Below are positions 47,701 through 55,155 of a stretch of 62,929 nt of DNA, piece after piece; the stretch's first letter is position 1, and every line of letters starts with the position of its first letter. The notes under the pieces are model-generated. The model had not been told where the DNA came from. It did no database searches and was given only the letters and a program-made list of their open reading frames with translations. Position numbers and translations under genes: made by a program. The stretch spans positions 1-62,929 of the forward strand of contig CAZFPT010000002.1 in assembly GCA_964521005.1 (NCBI GenBank), written 5' to 3'. This DNA comes from an uncultured Planctomycetaceae bacterium. Lineage in GTDB: Bacteria; Planctomycetota; Phycisphaerae; SM23-33.

Positions 47701-47840
47701 GCCTTGTACTGCGCGATGCCCTGCTGCAATGCCTCGCTGGCGGCGTCCGCATCGGACTCCTGGGCCAGGCCCGTGTTCACCATCAGCACAAGCATCATCA
47801 CCGGTAGGGCCAAACGAATCATTCGACGAAGGGTAGTCAC
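44748..47840 (-). CDS. secretin family protein (GspD/PilQ-like) with long N-terminal TPR/coiled-coil region
   Basis: C-terminal secretin signature DGGTLVLGGQKL...EKGVPMLSKVPILNRLFTNRGRARDENTLLILVKPKII. AGGAG lies 6 nt before the GTG at 47840, with an in-frame ATG at 47822. Signal peptide ...LALPVMMLVLMVNTGLAQE. An acidic poly-Asp/Gly insert is present. Confidence 0.85.
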   Translation of the reverse strand: MTTLRRMIRLALPVMMLVLMVNTGLAQESDADAASEALQQGIAQYKAQEFKAAKKTLLTVDAEKLSDEQKKTLAEYLSQADTAMKKKASALSAYRDAQKALEAGELDKARTLFSQAADSEYLLDATRRDAKAQLAWVNQRIKQANGAAKANGNGGEMVTAPAKEKDDAEDDGKKVTEVKKSDGDELFNAIAARKKEAKRLVEKGKAALEDKEAEKAADLFGRALKLDKYNNEAKILLERARGRIGTSGGDDLLSEHKRKLRVLRGATLTDYGKYMKNAREKLATALSKDGEKSDFAAAVENARTAGKLIESNKRLFSGNEFRELRSKANDLVEHIEAQREKFAVQRAREQAIEVARRERERRIQLRKDREETIASLTRKAKALVSDRQWKDARDTMREILRLEPNNSFASEGLGWVKRYMILERQKDARQTNFYESQRQFLDIVESETPWYELLRYPRNWREITEKRKRFSAGEMSESEKDRRTRKQLQRVIRNVDFSGIALENVLNFLRDVTGANIVPNWEVLEGRNITRKTEVTAEKLAEVSGQTLLEVVLENVGGTQVQLGYVIEDGIVKISTSDALRTKVKTRVYDIRDLIIPIPDFSGPTMDITNVGDDQDDGDGGGGDDSTLFGDDDDDDDGGAEGPTRAEMIEEIISMIREKAPMDSWVDQGGPGSIREFGGQLVVTQTPEVHDQILELIGMLREAKQLQVSVEARFITVSTGFLNEIGVDMDFYFNIGSGLGAGATNTDPFTGAGVPTQGVNGWGMSKSQVVTPIPVSQGHRGQASFLGSSSAVAPDIGASTTSHALSVFGSFLDDVQVDFLVQATQAHSSGRQLTAPRVTMSNGQLAYVAVGTTQAYVSDLEVVTDDNAVGIEPEVSTVTTGSVLEVRATVSADRRYVTMTLRPQVTVLNGFLTVGGGLADPGTGDPNDSGIVFDTIGLQLPNVTVTTVETTVTVPDGGTLVLGGQKLSSEVEREKGVPMLSKVPILNRLFTNRGRARDENTLLILVKPKIIITGEAEEIEELHQEIPRLP

Positions 47841-48104
47841 CTGATACTCCTTTCCGGGGGGTTCCCGGAGGTTTGCCTCCGCGTTGTGACGCCGGTCGGT
47901 ATCGGCCGAGCCGTCGGGCGCGGGAAGCGGGTTCTCTGCCCCGTGAGGGGCGACTCCACCACCAGCCACTGCCACTGCAATGTATGAATAAGACCGCCCC
48001 GGCAGAACAACGCGCCGAGGAGTGCGAAGAAACTACACCAGGGGTCGGGGCGTTGCAAGCTCAAAATCGCCTTCGCGGCGACCCGACCAACCCGCGCCCG
48101 GCCG

Positions 48105-49901
48105 CTACGGAGCGAGCGAATCGAGCTCCTGATACCGATCCGACGCCTCGTCCCGCGAGCGGACCCGCGTCTGGACCTTGCCGTTCTCGTCCAGGTAGAT
48201 CAAGGCCACGGTCGTCGTCGTGATGTTGCCCCAGCTGGGCACCTCGCGGCTGAAGTCCACTTCCATCGCCACGGCCGCTGTGCTGAAGTCCACCGTGCGG
48301 ATCTCGCGGGACGTCTGGCCGTCCAGCGTGGGAACCGGTACGCGCAGCTGCGTCGATTCGCCGATGCTCTGGCCGCTGCGGACATTGAACCGCTGGCGAA
48401 TGAACCGACCCATGTGCCGCGTGAAGACCGTCACCTGCACCGTGCCGCTGGTCGAGTCGTACCCGGTCAGGAAGAACTCCGTGGGGTGCGGAACCCGCCG
48501 CGTCGCCGACCACTGGCTCCACGGCGAGGCGACCTCCTTGGTGCGGATGTCGTCGGGACTCTTCACGACGCTGCTGATCTGCTTGCCGTAAAGCGGGTTC
48601 ACGAACACCATCCGCAGCCGATAGCGATACTGCTTGCGCAACTCGAGCCCGGCGTCGTGGAACCAGAGCACATTCTTGCCCTGCACCAAGCGCCCCAACG
48701 GCGGGACCGCGGGCATCGGTGGCGGGGCGGCTCCGCTGGCCAACTCGCCGGTGTCGACGCCGTCGTCCTCACGCACGTCGCGGCGTTCGTCCTCGCGGCG
48801 CACCGGGGGACGGCGCGTTCGGCCGCCACGACGTTCTTCGTCCTCCCGACCGATCGGGGGGCTGCGTCGACCTCCGTCCTCGACCGCGCGGCCGTAACGG
48901 GCTTCGGCTTCTTCCTCGCCGCGGATCGCCCGCCTGCGCGAGGGCCGACGATCCTCTTCCTCACCTATGGGACGACCAGTCCCGCCGTCGGGGTCATCCA
49001 CTTCCGGGGCGGCCACCAGCTTCGCATAGGCGTCGATGGTCGCGGTCGCGGGCAGGTGGCGCTTCCAGCTGATCCACTGGTTCGTGCCCCCCCACCAGAC
49101 TTCCCAGTACCGTGGGCGAAGGACGGCCAACTGATAGGCCTGCTCGATCTGGTCGATCGTGTCGGCGATCGCCTGGGTGTTCTCACCGGTGAAATCCGGC
49201 AGTTCGGGCACGCGAGCCACCTGACCCTCCGGGCCCGGGGCGCGAATGGTTCGGATCGTCTCGGCCGGCCCGTACGTACCATCCGGAAGCACGAGCTGCC
49301 GCTGCACCTCCACGCGAAGGGCGACCGGGCGGGCATTGATCCCGCGGGGGCGAAGCAGCGCCTGCCACTTGCCCGTCATCGTCTGCCAGTCGAAATCGGC
49401 TGCCCCGTGGGCGATATTCTGATCGGACAGGTCGCCTTCAGTCACACGGCGAAGCTCCTGACCTACCCACACCGACGGAGCCGACGGCGCGGGGATCTCA
49501 TCGGCCACCTGCGCCACACCGACCGCTTCGAGCGTGACCCCGCCGCCGATATCGATGTCCGGCAGCGATCCGCCGGCAAGGTAACCCAGGTCGTCCAGGG
49601 CGGGCGAAAACGGCGTGCTCGCCAGACGTTCAAAGTGCTCCGGACCCGGATAGACCGGCTCGACCTCGGCCGTGGCGTTGCTGTGCCGGCGCCAGATGCT
49701 CTCTGCCGCCTCATTGAGTTTCTCGTCGAGCTCGGCCGGTGAGACCTCGGAGGTGCTCCCGGCGGATGTGAGTACCTCCACCTGCCGCGGGCTTCCCAGC
49801 ACCCAATGGCTCACGGCGAACACCAGCACACCAACGGAGATCGCCAGTACCAGCTTCTCGACATGCTGTTCGATGAATCCTGCCGAATCCTGATTGGCCA
49901 T
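48105..49901 (-). CDS. membrane-anchored hypothetical protein of the pilus/secretin operon
   Basis: AAGGAGG lies 7 nt before the ATG. There is one N-terminal TM (LVLAISVGVLVFAV) and a central Arg/Glu-rich tract. No family recognised. Confidence 0.6.
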   Translation of the reverse strand: MANQDSAGFIEQHVEKLVLAISVGVLVFAVSHWVLGSPRQVEVLTSAGSTSEVSPAELDEKLNEAAESIWRRHSNATAEVEPVYPGPEHFERLASTPFSPALDDLGYLAGGSLPDIDIGGGVTLEAVGVAQVADEIPAPSAPSVWVGQELRRVTEGDLSDQNIAHGAADFDWQTMTGKWQALLRPRGINARPVALRVEVQRQLVLPDGTYGPAETIRTIRAPGPEGQVARVPELPDFTGENTQAIADTIDQIEQAYQLAVLRPRYWEVWWGGTNQWISWKRHLPATATIDAYAKLVAAPEVDDPDGGTGRPIGEEEDRRPSRRRAIRGEEEAEARYGRAVEDGGRRSPPIGREDEERRGGRTRRPPVRREDERRDVREDDGVDTGELASGAAPPPMPAVPPLGRLVQGKNVLWFHDAGLELRKQYRYRLRMVFVNPLYGKQISSVVKSPDDIRTKEVASPWSQWSATRRVPHPTEFFLTGYDSTSGTVQVTVFTRHMGRFIRQRFNVRSGQSIGESTQLRVPVPTLDGQTSREIRTVDFSTAAVAMEVDFSREVPSWGNITTTTVALIYLDENGKVQTRVRSRDEASDRYQELDSLAP

Positions 49902-49949
49902 GTCCTGGCCTCCTTCGTATCTACTGCATGCGTCCCTGGCGGACGCGGA

Positions 49950-51314
49950 TTACCGTTCCTCGCCAAACCGCGGACTTCCGCTGGAACGCCCTGCCGGTGT
50001 GGATCCGCCCGTGATGCCCGCCTCGCTGATGCGATCCGAGTCTTCCGAACGCAGGGCGCTGGAGGGCAGCGTGTTGAGCACTTCCACGGGCATCAGCGGA
50101 CGCTCCCACTCGGTCAGCAGCTTCCACTCGCCCCGCAGGGTCACCCGAACGACCGGCTCCTTGCCGTAGTAGTACGTCGAGGGCGGGTCGGCCGGCGGGG
50201 TCACCTGCTGCACGTCCAGCACGGTGTGATAGTTCTGCTGGGCGAGGTGCCATTCCAGGCGACCCAGGTAGCGGAACGGAAGCACGACCGTGAGGGTGTA
50301 ATGGATCACGTCGTAGTCCTTGTTGGACACCGCCTCGGTCAGCGAGGCCGCCGCCATCGCCCCGTCGCCGGATTGGTTCTGCTCGCGGTCGCTCCCGCTT
50401 ACCGACATCCCGCCGGAAGCCCCGACGTACTGGGGGATCATGCGGATTTCCATCAGTCGCTTGACCGCTGCATTGGGAACTGTCTTGCCGCTGTCGGGCA
50501 ACCCCGCGAACGCCTCGGCATTGGTCTGGCGGATCGCGTCGATCACGTCCTGCTGCAGCCAGAGCGACAACTGGGCGTACCACATCGTCTCCAGGAGGGG
50601 GCGCTTCTGGGCCTGGTCGATCAGCCTCTGCAGCGCCAGGGCATCCAGGTAGATCTCGCCCTGCCGGGCACGGTCCACCATGCGACGGGTCAGCGCCTTG
50701 CGTCGCGCCCGGGCCGCCATCTCCGCGGTGAGGATGGGCTCGGTGCTGACGGCCTCCCCGTCAACCTCACGGGTGGGCTCGATCGTGCCGGCCTTGAGCT
50801 GGCGGGCCCACTCGGCGCGGGCCTCGCTGAGTTCCCGCAACTCCCACTGGCGAAGCTCCGCCTCCGTAAACGGCTCCGTGGGCGGGGTAGTCGAGTTCAG
50901 CGACTGCTCGACCTCCTGGATCGCCTGGTTGTAGGCATCCGGGAACACCGCACGCAGGGCGATCTCACGGTCCAGCTGTCGGTTGAACGGGAACGCGGGC
51001 ACCACGCCCTTGCCGTCCGGGCGGACCAGCGAGAGAACCTTGTACTGCCGGTTGAACTCGATGCTCCTGTCGATCACCGAACGAAGGTTCTGCTTCGAGC
51101 CGGTCACCTCGGCGCGACGCGCGTCGATCACCGACGGGTTGTACCGCTGGCCCAGAGCGTATGTCCGCAACTTCGAACTGAGAGTGTTCCGCTCCTTGAC
51201 CGCCTTCTCGACGTCGGCAGAGACCGAGGAATTCACGAACAGGATCAGCCCGATCAGCACAGCCGTCACGCCAACCAGTACGACCAGGAACAGGTTCTTG
51301 CGAATGACATCCAT
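49950..51314 (-). CDS. membrane-anchored coiled-coil protein (PilO-like by position and topology only)
   Basis: N-terminal TM (LFLVVLVGVTAVLIGLILFV) followed by a coiled coil. Its start lies 2 nt after the pilM/N stop. Confidence 0.55.
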   Translation of the reverse strand: MDVIRKNLFLVVLVGVTAVLIGLILFVNSSVSADVEKAVKERNTLSSKLRTYALGQRYNPSVIDARRAEVTGSKQNLRSVIDRSIEFNRQYKVLSLVRPDGKGVVPAFPFNRQLDREIALRAVFPDAYNQAIQEVEQSLNSTTPPTEPFTEAELRQWELRELSEARAEWARQLKAGTIEPTREVDGEAVSTEPILTAEMAARARRKALTRRMVDRARQGEIYLDALALQRLIDQAQKRPLLETMWYAQLSLWLQQDVIDAIRQTNAEAFAGLPDSGKTVPNAAVKRLMEIRMIPQYVGASGGMSVSGSDREQNQSGDGAMAAASLTEAVSNKDYDVIHYTLTVVLPFRYLGRLEWHLAQQNYHTVLDVQQVTPPADPPSTYYYGKEPVVRVTLRGEWKLLTEWERPLMPVEVLNTLPSSALRSEDSDRISEAGITGGSTPAGRSSGSPRFGEER

Positions 51315-51316
51315 GA

Positions 51317-53419
51317 TTACCGGCCCTCCCGGCTGCCAGCCTGCTCGACGGGTTCCAGCTCCAGCCCATCGCCATTGATGGACACCAGCCAGATCATGCC
51401 CACCCGGGCATCACCGGCCATGCTCTCGCCCTTGAAAACGGGGTCTTCGGTCGGATCGGCGCCGGAATCCCCGCCGCCGGTGTCCCGGTCCTCCCGACCG
51501 ATGATCGAAGGCGAACGACGACGATCTTCGTCCTCCCCGCCGTACGGCACGCGCCCCCCGCGCAGAGGACGAACCGACGGAATCGGACTGGTCGGGCCGG
51601 CGGACGATGTGCTTGCCCCGGCCACGAATTCACCTTCGTCGGCTTCCACCGTTACCGGCCCGAGGCGCTGCTCGGCGTATCGCTTGCCGAACCGTCGCAT
51701 GCGGGTAATCAGTTGCGAGCGGATCTGGCGCTCTTCCAGCGTCGTCCGGCAGATGACCCATACCAGAAAGCCCCGCTTGGCCTGGCCGGAAGTGGTCTGG
51801 TCCTCTTCCGGTGCGCCGCCCGGGGAGCTGCCGCCCCTCTCTGCCATTCCCAGTTGGGCACTGATTCGGCTGTAGAGCTGCCCCTTCACAGCAGAGATGT
51901 CCGGGACGTACTCGGTGCCCATCTGTTCGAGGAACAGCAGGCTCCGCTGCTCGCGCGGGATGCCCTCGAGCTTGGCGAGCAGCTGCTTGCGCCGCTCGGG
52001 GTCCGGGGTGGTCAACGCCTGGTTGTACATGTCCTGGTGCTCGGCGACCGACATCAGCGACCGCGAGATCAGCTTCTGCACCGACGGCCAGAAGTTGCGA
52101 TAGCCGAACATCTTGAGGCGGGCCTTGATCTTCTCCTCACCGTCGCCGACGGCCTGGCCGAGATTGTGATAGTTCCGCTGGAGGCTGTCGAGATCGCCCA
52201 GCACCTGCCTGGTCTGGCGGAGGGTCTGTCTGTCGTCCTTGAGTTTTCCCAGGTCGCGATAGGAACTGTAGAGCATCATCGACAGGGCGATCACGATCAT
52301 CGCCGCTGCCGCAGCGAACCAGGGCCTCTTGGCAGCCCACATCCGCCGGGTGGAAACCGATCGCGGCAGGAGGTTCGTCTGGATGCTCGCCTCGCCCAGC
52401 CCCTGCACCCCCAGCCCGTACGCCACCGCGAAAGACAGGACGTTTTCCTGGAAGACCGGAGCGTTGATGGCGTCCGAGGCGGAGACCTGCTGGAACGAGT
52501 CGATGCGATGCACCGAGAGGTTGAGGTTCTGTTCGAGGAATTTCTGCAGGCCCGGCAGGCGGAACCCGTTGCCCAGCCCGAGGACCTTCTTGAAACGCGA
52601 CTCGCGATGCAGCGACGTGTAGAACCCGATCGACCGCTGGATTTCCTGCACGAGGTCCGAGAACACCGGCCTCATCGTCTGGAACACCTGGCGGGCGTAC
52701 TTGCTCGAAGCGGCGGTACGTTTGAGCTTCTCCGCCTTGGCGAAGGAGAGCTTGAACGCCTTGACCAGCGCCTCGGTGAAGTCGTTGCCGCCGATTTTCA
52801 CCGTCCTCGTCCAGATCCGAGGCCCGTCCGAGACCACCAGGTCGGTCTTGTCGGCCCCGACGTCGATCAGCAGCGTCGCCCCGTCCGAGGCGGTCTGTTC
52901 GTCGTACCGCATGAAGTTGTACAGCGCCAGCGGCGCCATCTGCACGGCGTCGATGTCCAGCTCGACCTCGCTGAAGTAGCTGAGATTCGAGGCGACGTCC
53001 TGCCGCTTCATCGCGAAAATGCCCACTTCCACGTCCGGGCTGTCGGGGTCATGGAACGTCTGCCACCGCCAGACCACGTCGTCCATCGGGAAGGGGATCT
53101 GCTGCTCTGCCTCGAAGCGGACAATGTCCGGGATCTTCTTGGTCTCGACCGGAGGCAGCTTGATGAACCGCGAGAAACTGCTCTGGCCCGGGACCGAGAC
53201 AACGATCTGCGAGCCCATGACGTTGTTTCTGGCGAGGAACTGTTCCAGGGCGTTGCGGATCAGCTGGTCGCGATCGCCTTCCGCCTGGGAGAGAATCCTG
53301 GGGTGCTCGATGATGTCGAATGCCTCAACCCGGATCGCTCCGTTGATGCTCCGGAGCTTCAGTGCCTTCAACGCGCACTGACCGATGTCGATGCCCCATA
53401 CCGATTTCGCTGCAGCCAT
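51317..53419 (-). CDS. type IV pilus assembly protein PilM fused to a PilN-like TM/periplasmic region
   Basis: AAGGAG lies 6 nt before the ATG at 53419. The N-terminal actin-like PilM block is VWGIDIGQCALKALKL...LIDVGADKTDLVV...GGNDFTEAL. It is followed by a TM (WFAAAAAMIVIALSMMLYSSY) and a C-terminal region of about 330 aa. Confidence 0.8.
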   Translation of the reverse strand: MAAAKSVWGIDIGQCALKALKLRSINGAIRVEAFDIIEHPRILSQAEGDRDQLIRNALEQFLARNNVMGSQIVVSVPGQSSFSRFIKLPPVETKKIPDIVRFEAEQQIPFPMDDVVWRWQTFHDPDSPDVEVGIFAMKRQDVASNLSYFSEVELDIDAVQMAPLALYNFMRYDEQTASDGATLLIDVGADKTDLVVSDGPRIWTRTVKIGGNDFTEALVKAFKLSFAKAEKLKRTAASSKYARQVFQTMRPVFSDLVQEIQRSIGFYTSLHRESRFKKVLGLGNGFRLPGLQKFLEQNLNLSVHRIDSFQQVSASDAINAPVFQENVLSFAVAYGLGVQGLGEASIQTNLLPRSVSTRRMWAAKRPWFAAAAAMIVIALSMMLYSSYRDLGKLKDDRQTLRQTRQVLGDLDSLQRNYHNLGQAVGDGEEKIKARLKMFGYRNFWPSVQKLISRSLMSVAEHQDMYNQALTTPDPERRKQLLAKLEGIPREQRSLLFLEQMGTEYVPDISAVKGQLYSRISAQLGMAERGGSSPGGAPEEDQTTSGQAKRGFLVWVICRTTLEERQIRSQLITRMRRFGKRYAEQRLGPVTVEADEGEFVAGASTSSAGPTSPIPSVRPLRGGRVPYGGEDEDRRRSPSIIGREDRDTGGGDSGADPTEDPVFKGESMAGDARVGMIWLVSINGDGLELEPVEQAGSREGR

Positions 53420-53653
53420 GAACGACTCCTTGGCCTGAACAACCCGGCCCGTCGGCCGGCGAAGATCCGCGTGCATCCAAAGCCCGACTCGTCAGACGCC
53501 CGCCGCGGAACTTTCTCCCGCGATGTCGTCTTCTCGGCTCCCGGTGCCGCGGAGCGTCGGGTATGATACGCTGTTTGGCAAGCAACGGCAACGATCCAGA
53601 CCCAACAAATTCTTCACCTTCGCGGAACTCGCAGACAAACACACGGTTCAAGT

Positions 53654-55153
53654 ATGCTAACCTACGCGATCATCACACTCGGATGCAAAGTCAACCAATA
53701 CGAATCGGCCGCCCTGGCCGCCACTCTCGCCCGCGCCGGGCTCACCGAATCGCCCGCCAACGCACCCGCCGAGCTGGTCGTGGTCAACACCTGCGCCGTG
53801 ACCCGAACCGCCATGCGAAAAGCACGCCAGGCGATCCGAAAGGCCATCCGAACACACAAACCGTCGGCTGTCCTGCTGACCGGCTGCTACGCCGACTACC
53901 ACGGACAGACCCTGGGCGACATTCTGGATGCAGCGGAAATCCCGCCCAGCAGCCGGGCCGTCGTCGGCCACCATGGCGACCTCGCGACGCAGCTGAGAAA
54001 ACTGCTCGCCGGGGAGAACACCTCCAAACCGGCAAGCAACGACCAGACCCCGCAGGGGGTCGGTCCATCGGCGGACGCTGCTGGGGATGACGAATCAATA
54101 AGGGCCGAACTGATCGACTCAGATCGCAGCGCGGAAACCCGCCACCAGGCCCGGTCTCCACATTCAATTAAACCAAACCGCATGCGTGCGGTCAAGCAAT
54201 CCGCCCCCGGCACCGACGGGCTGGCGCCGCTGGAAACCTTCCCCTCCCACCAGCGGGCGTTCGTGAAAATCCAGGACGGCTGCGACGCGTTCTGCGCCTA
54301 CTGCATCGTCTGCTACACCCGCCCGCGTGTCCGCTCGCGAAGTCCCGAAGACATCCTCGCCGAATGCGCCGCTCTCGTCGCAGCCGGTCATCGCGAGATC
54401 GTCCTGTGCGGGGTCTTCCTCGGCGCCTTCGGACGATCCACCGCCATCCGCCGTAAGTGGCCCCAGCCGTCCGACGCCCTGGCCGACCTCGTCCGGCGCG
54501 TGGCGGCCATCCCGGGCCTGTGGCGCGTTCGCCTCTCCAGCCTCGAGCCCGGGGATGTCACCCCGCGCCTGCTGGAGGTGTTCGCCGAGACCCCCACCGT
54601 CGCGGCGCACCTGCACCTGCCGCTGCAGTCCGGCTCGGCGAGTGTCCTGCATCGCATGAACCGCCAGTACACCCCTGAGCAGTTCGTCGAGACCGTCTCC
54701 CGCGTCCGCGACCGGCTCGATCGACCTGCCATCACCACCGACATCATCGCCGGGTTCCCCGGAGAGATGCACGAGGACTTCATGGACACCCTCGCTGTCG
54801 CACAGCAGGCGGGGTTCAGCAAGATTCACGCCTTCCCCTTCAGCGCCATCGAAGGAACAGCCGCCTGGACCTACCGCCACGAAGCCTTGCCCAAAGGCAT
54901 CGTCCGCCAGCGCCTGAACAAGCTCGCGCAGCTGGAGGCCGACCTCGCCGACGCCTACCGCCGACAATTCGTGGGCGAGGAAATGGAAGCACTCGTCGAA
55001 AGCACCCCCGCCGACCAGGGGCATCGGCTGGCGATGACCGGCCGATACCTCCCCGCCACCTTCCCCGACGAAAACGCCCAGCCAGGCGACATCGTGAAAC
55101 TGAAGATCACCGGCGTCACGCCCACCGGCCTGGCCGCCCGTCGCTCGGAGTGA
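53654..55153 (+). CDS. mtaB: tRNA t6A37 methylthiotransferase MtaB (MiaB-like radical SAM)
   Basis: N-terminal TLGCKVNQYES and NTCAVT, the radical SAM motif IQDGCDAFCAYCIV, and a TRAM-like C-terminus (DIVKLKITGV). Confidence 0.85.
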   Translation: MLTYAIITLGCKVNQYESAALAATLARAGLTESPANAPAELVVVNTCAVTRTAMRKARQAIRKAIRTHKPSAVLLTGCYADYHGQTLGDILDAAEIPPSSRAVVGHHGDLATQLRKLLAGENTSKPASNDQTPQGVGPSADAAGDDESIRAELIDSDRSAETRHQARSPHSIKPNRMRAVKQSAPGTDGLAPLETFPSHQRAFVKIQDGCDAFCAYCIVCYTRPRVRSRSPEDILAECAALVAAGHREIVLCGVFLGAFGRSTAIRRKWPQPSDALADLVRRVAAIPGLWRVRLSSLEPGDVTPRLLEVFAETPTVAAHLHLPLQSGSASVLHRMNRQYTPEQFVETVSRVRDRLDRPAITTDIIAGFPGEMHEDFMDTLAVAQQAGFSKIHAFPFSAIEGTAAWTYRHEALPKGIVRQRLNKLAQLEADLADAYRRQFVGEEMEALVESTPADQGHRLAMTGRYLPATFPDENAQPGDIVKLKITGVTPTGLAARRSE

Positions 55154-55155
55154 GG

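Noticed and set aside
53498-53630. CGCGGAACT repeated twice in the pilM-mtaB divergent region, considered as an operator.
   Set aside because: There are only two 9-nt copies in direct orientation in GC-rich DNA. This is too weak to distinguish from chance.
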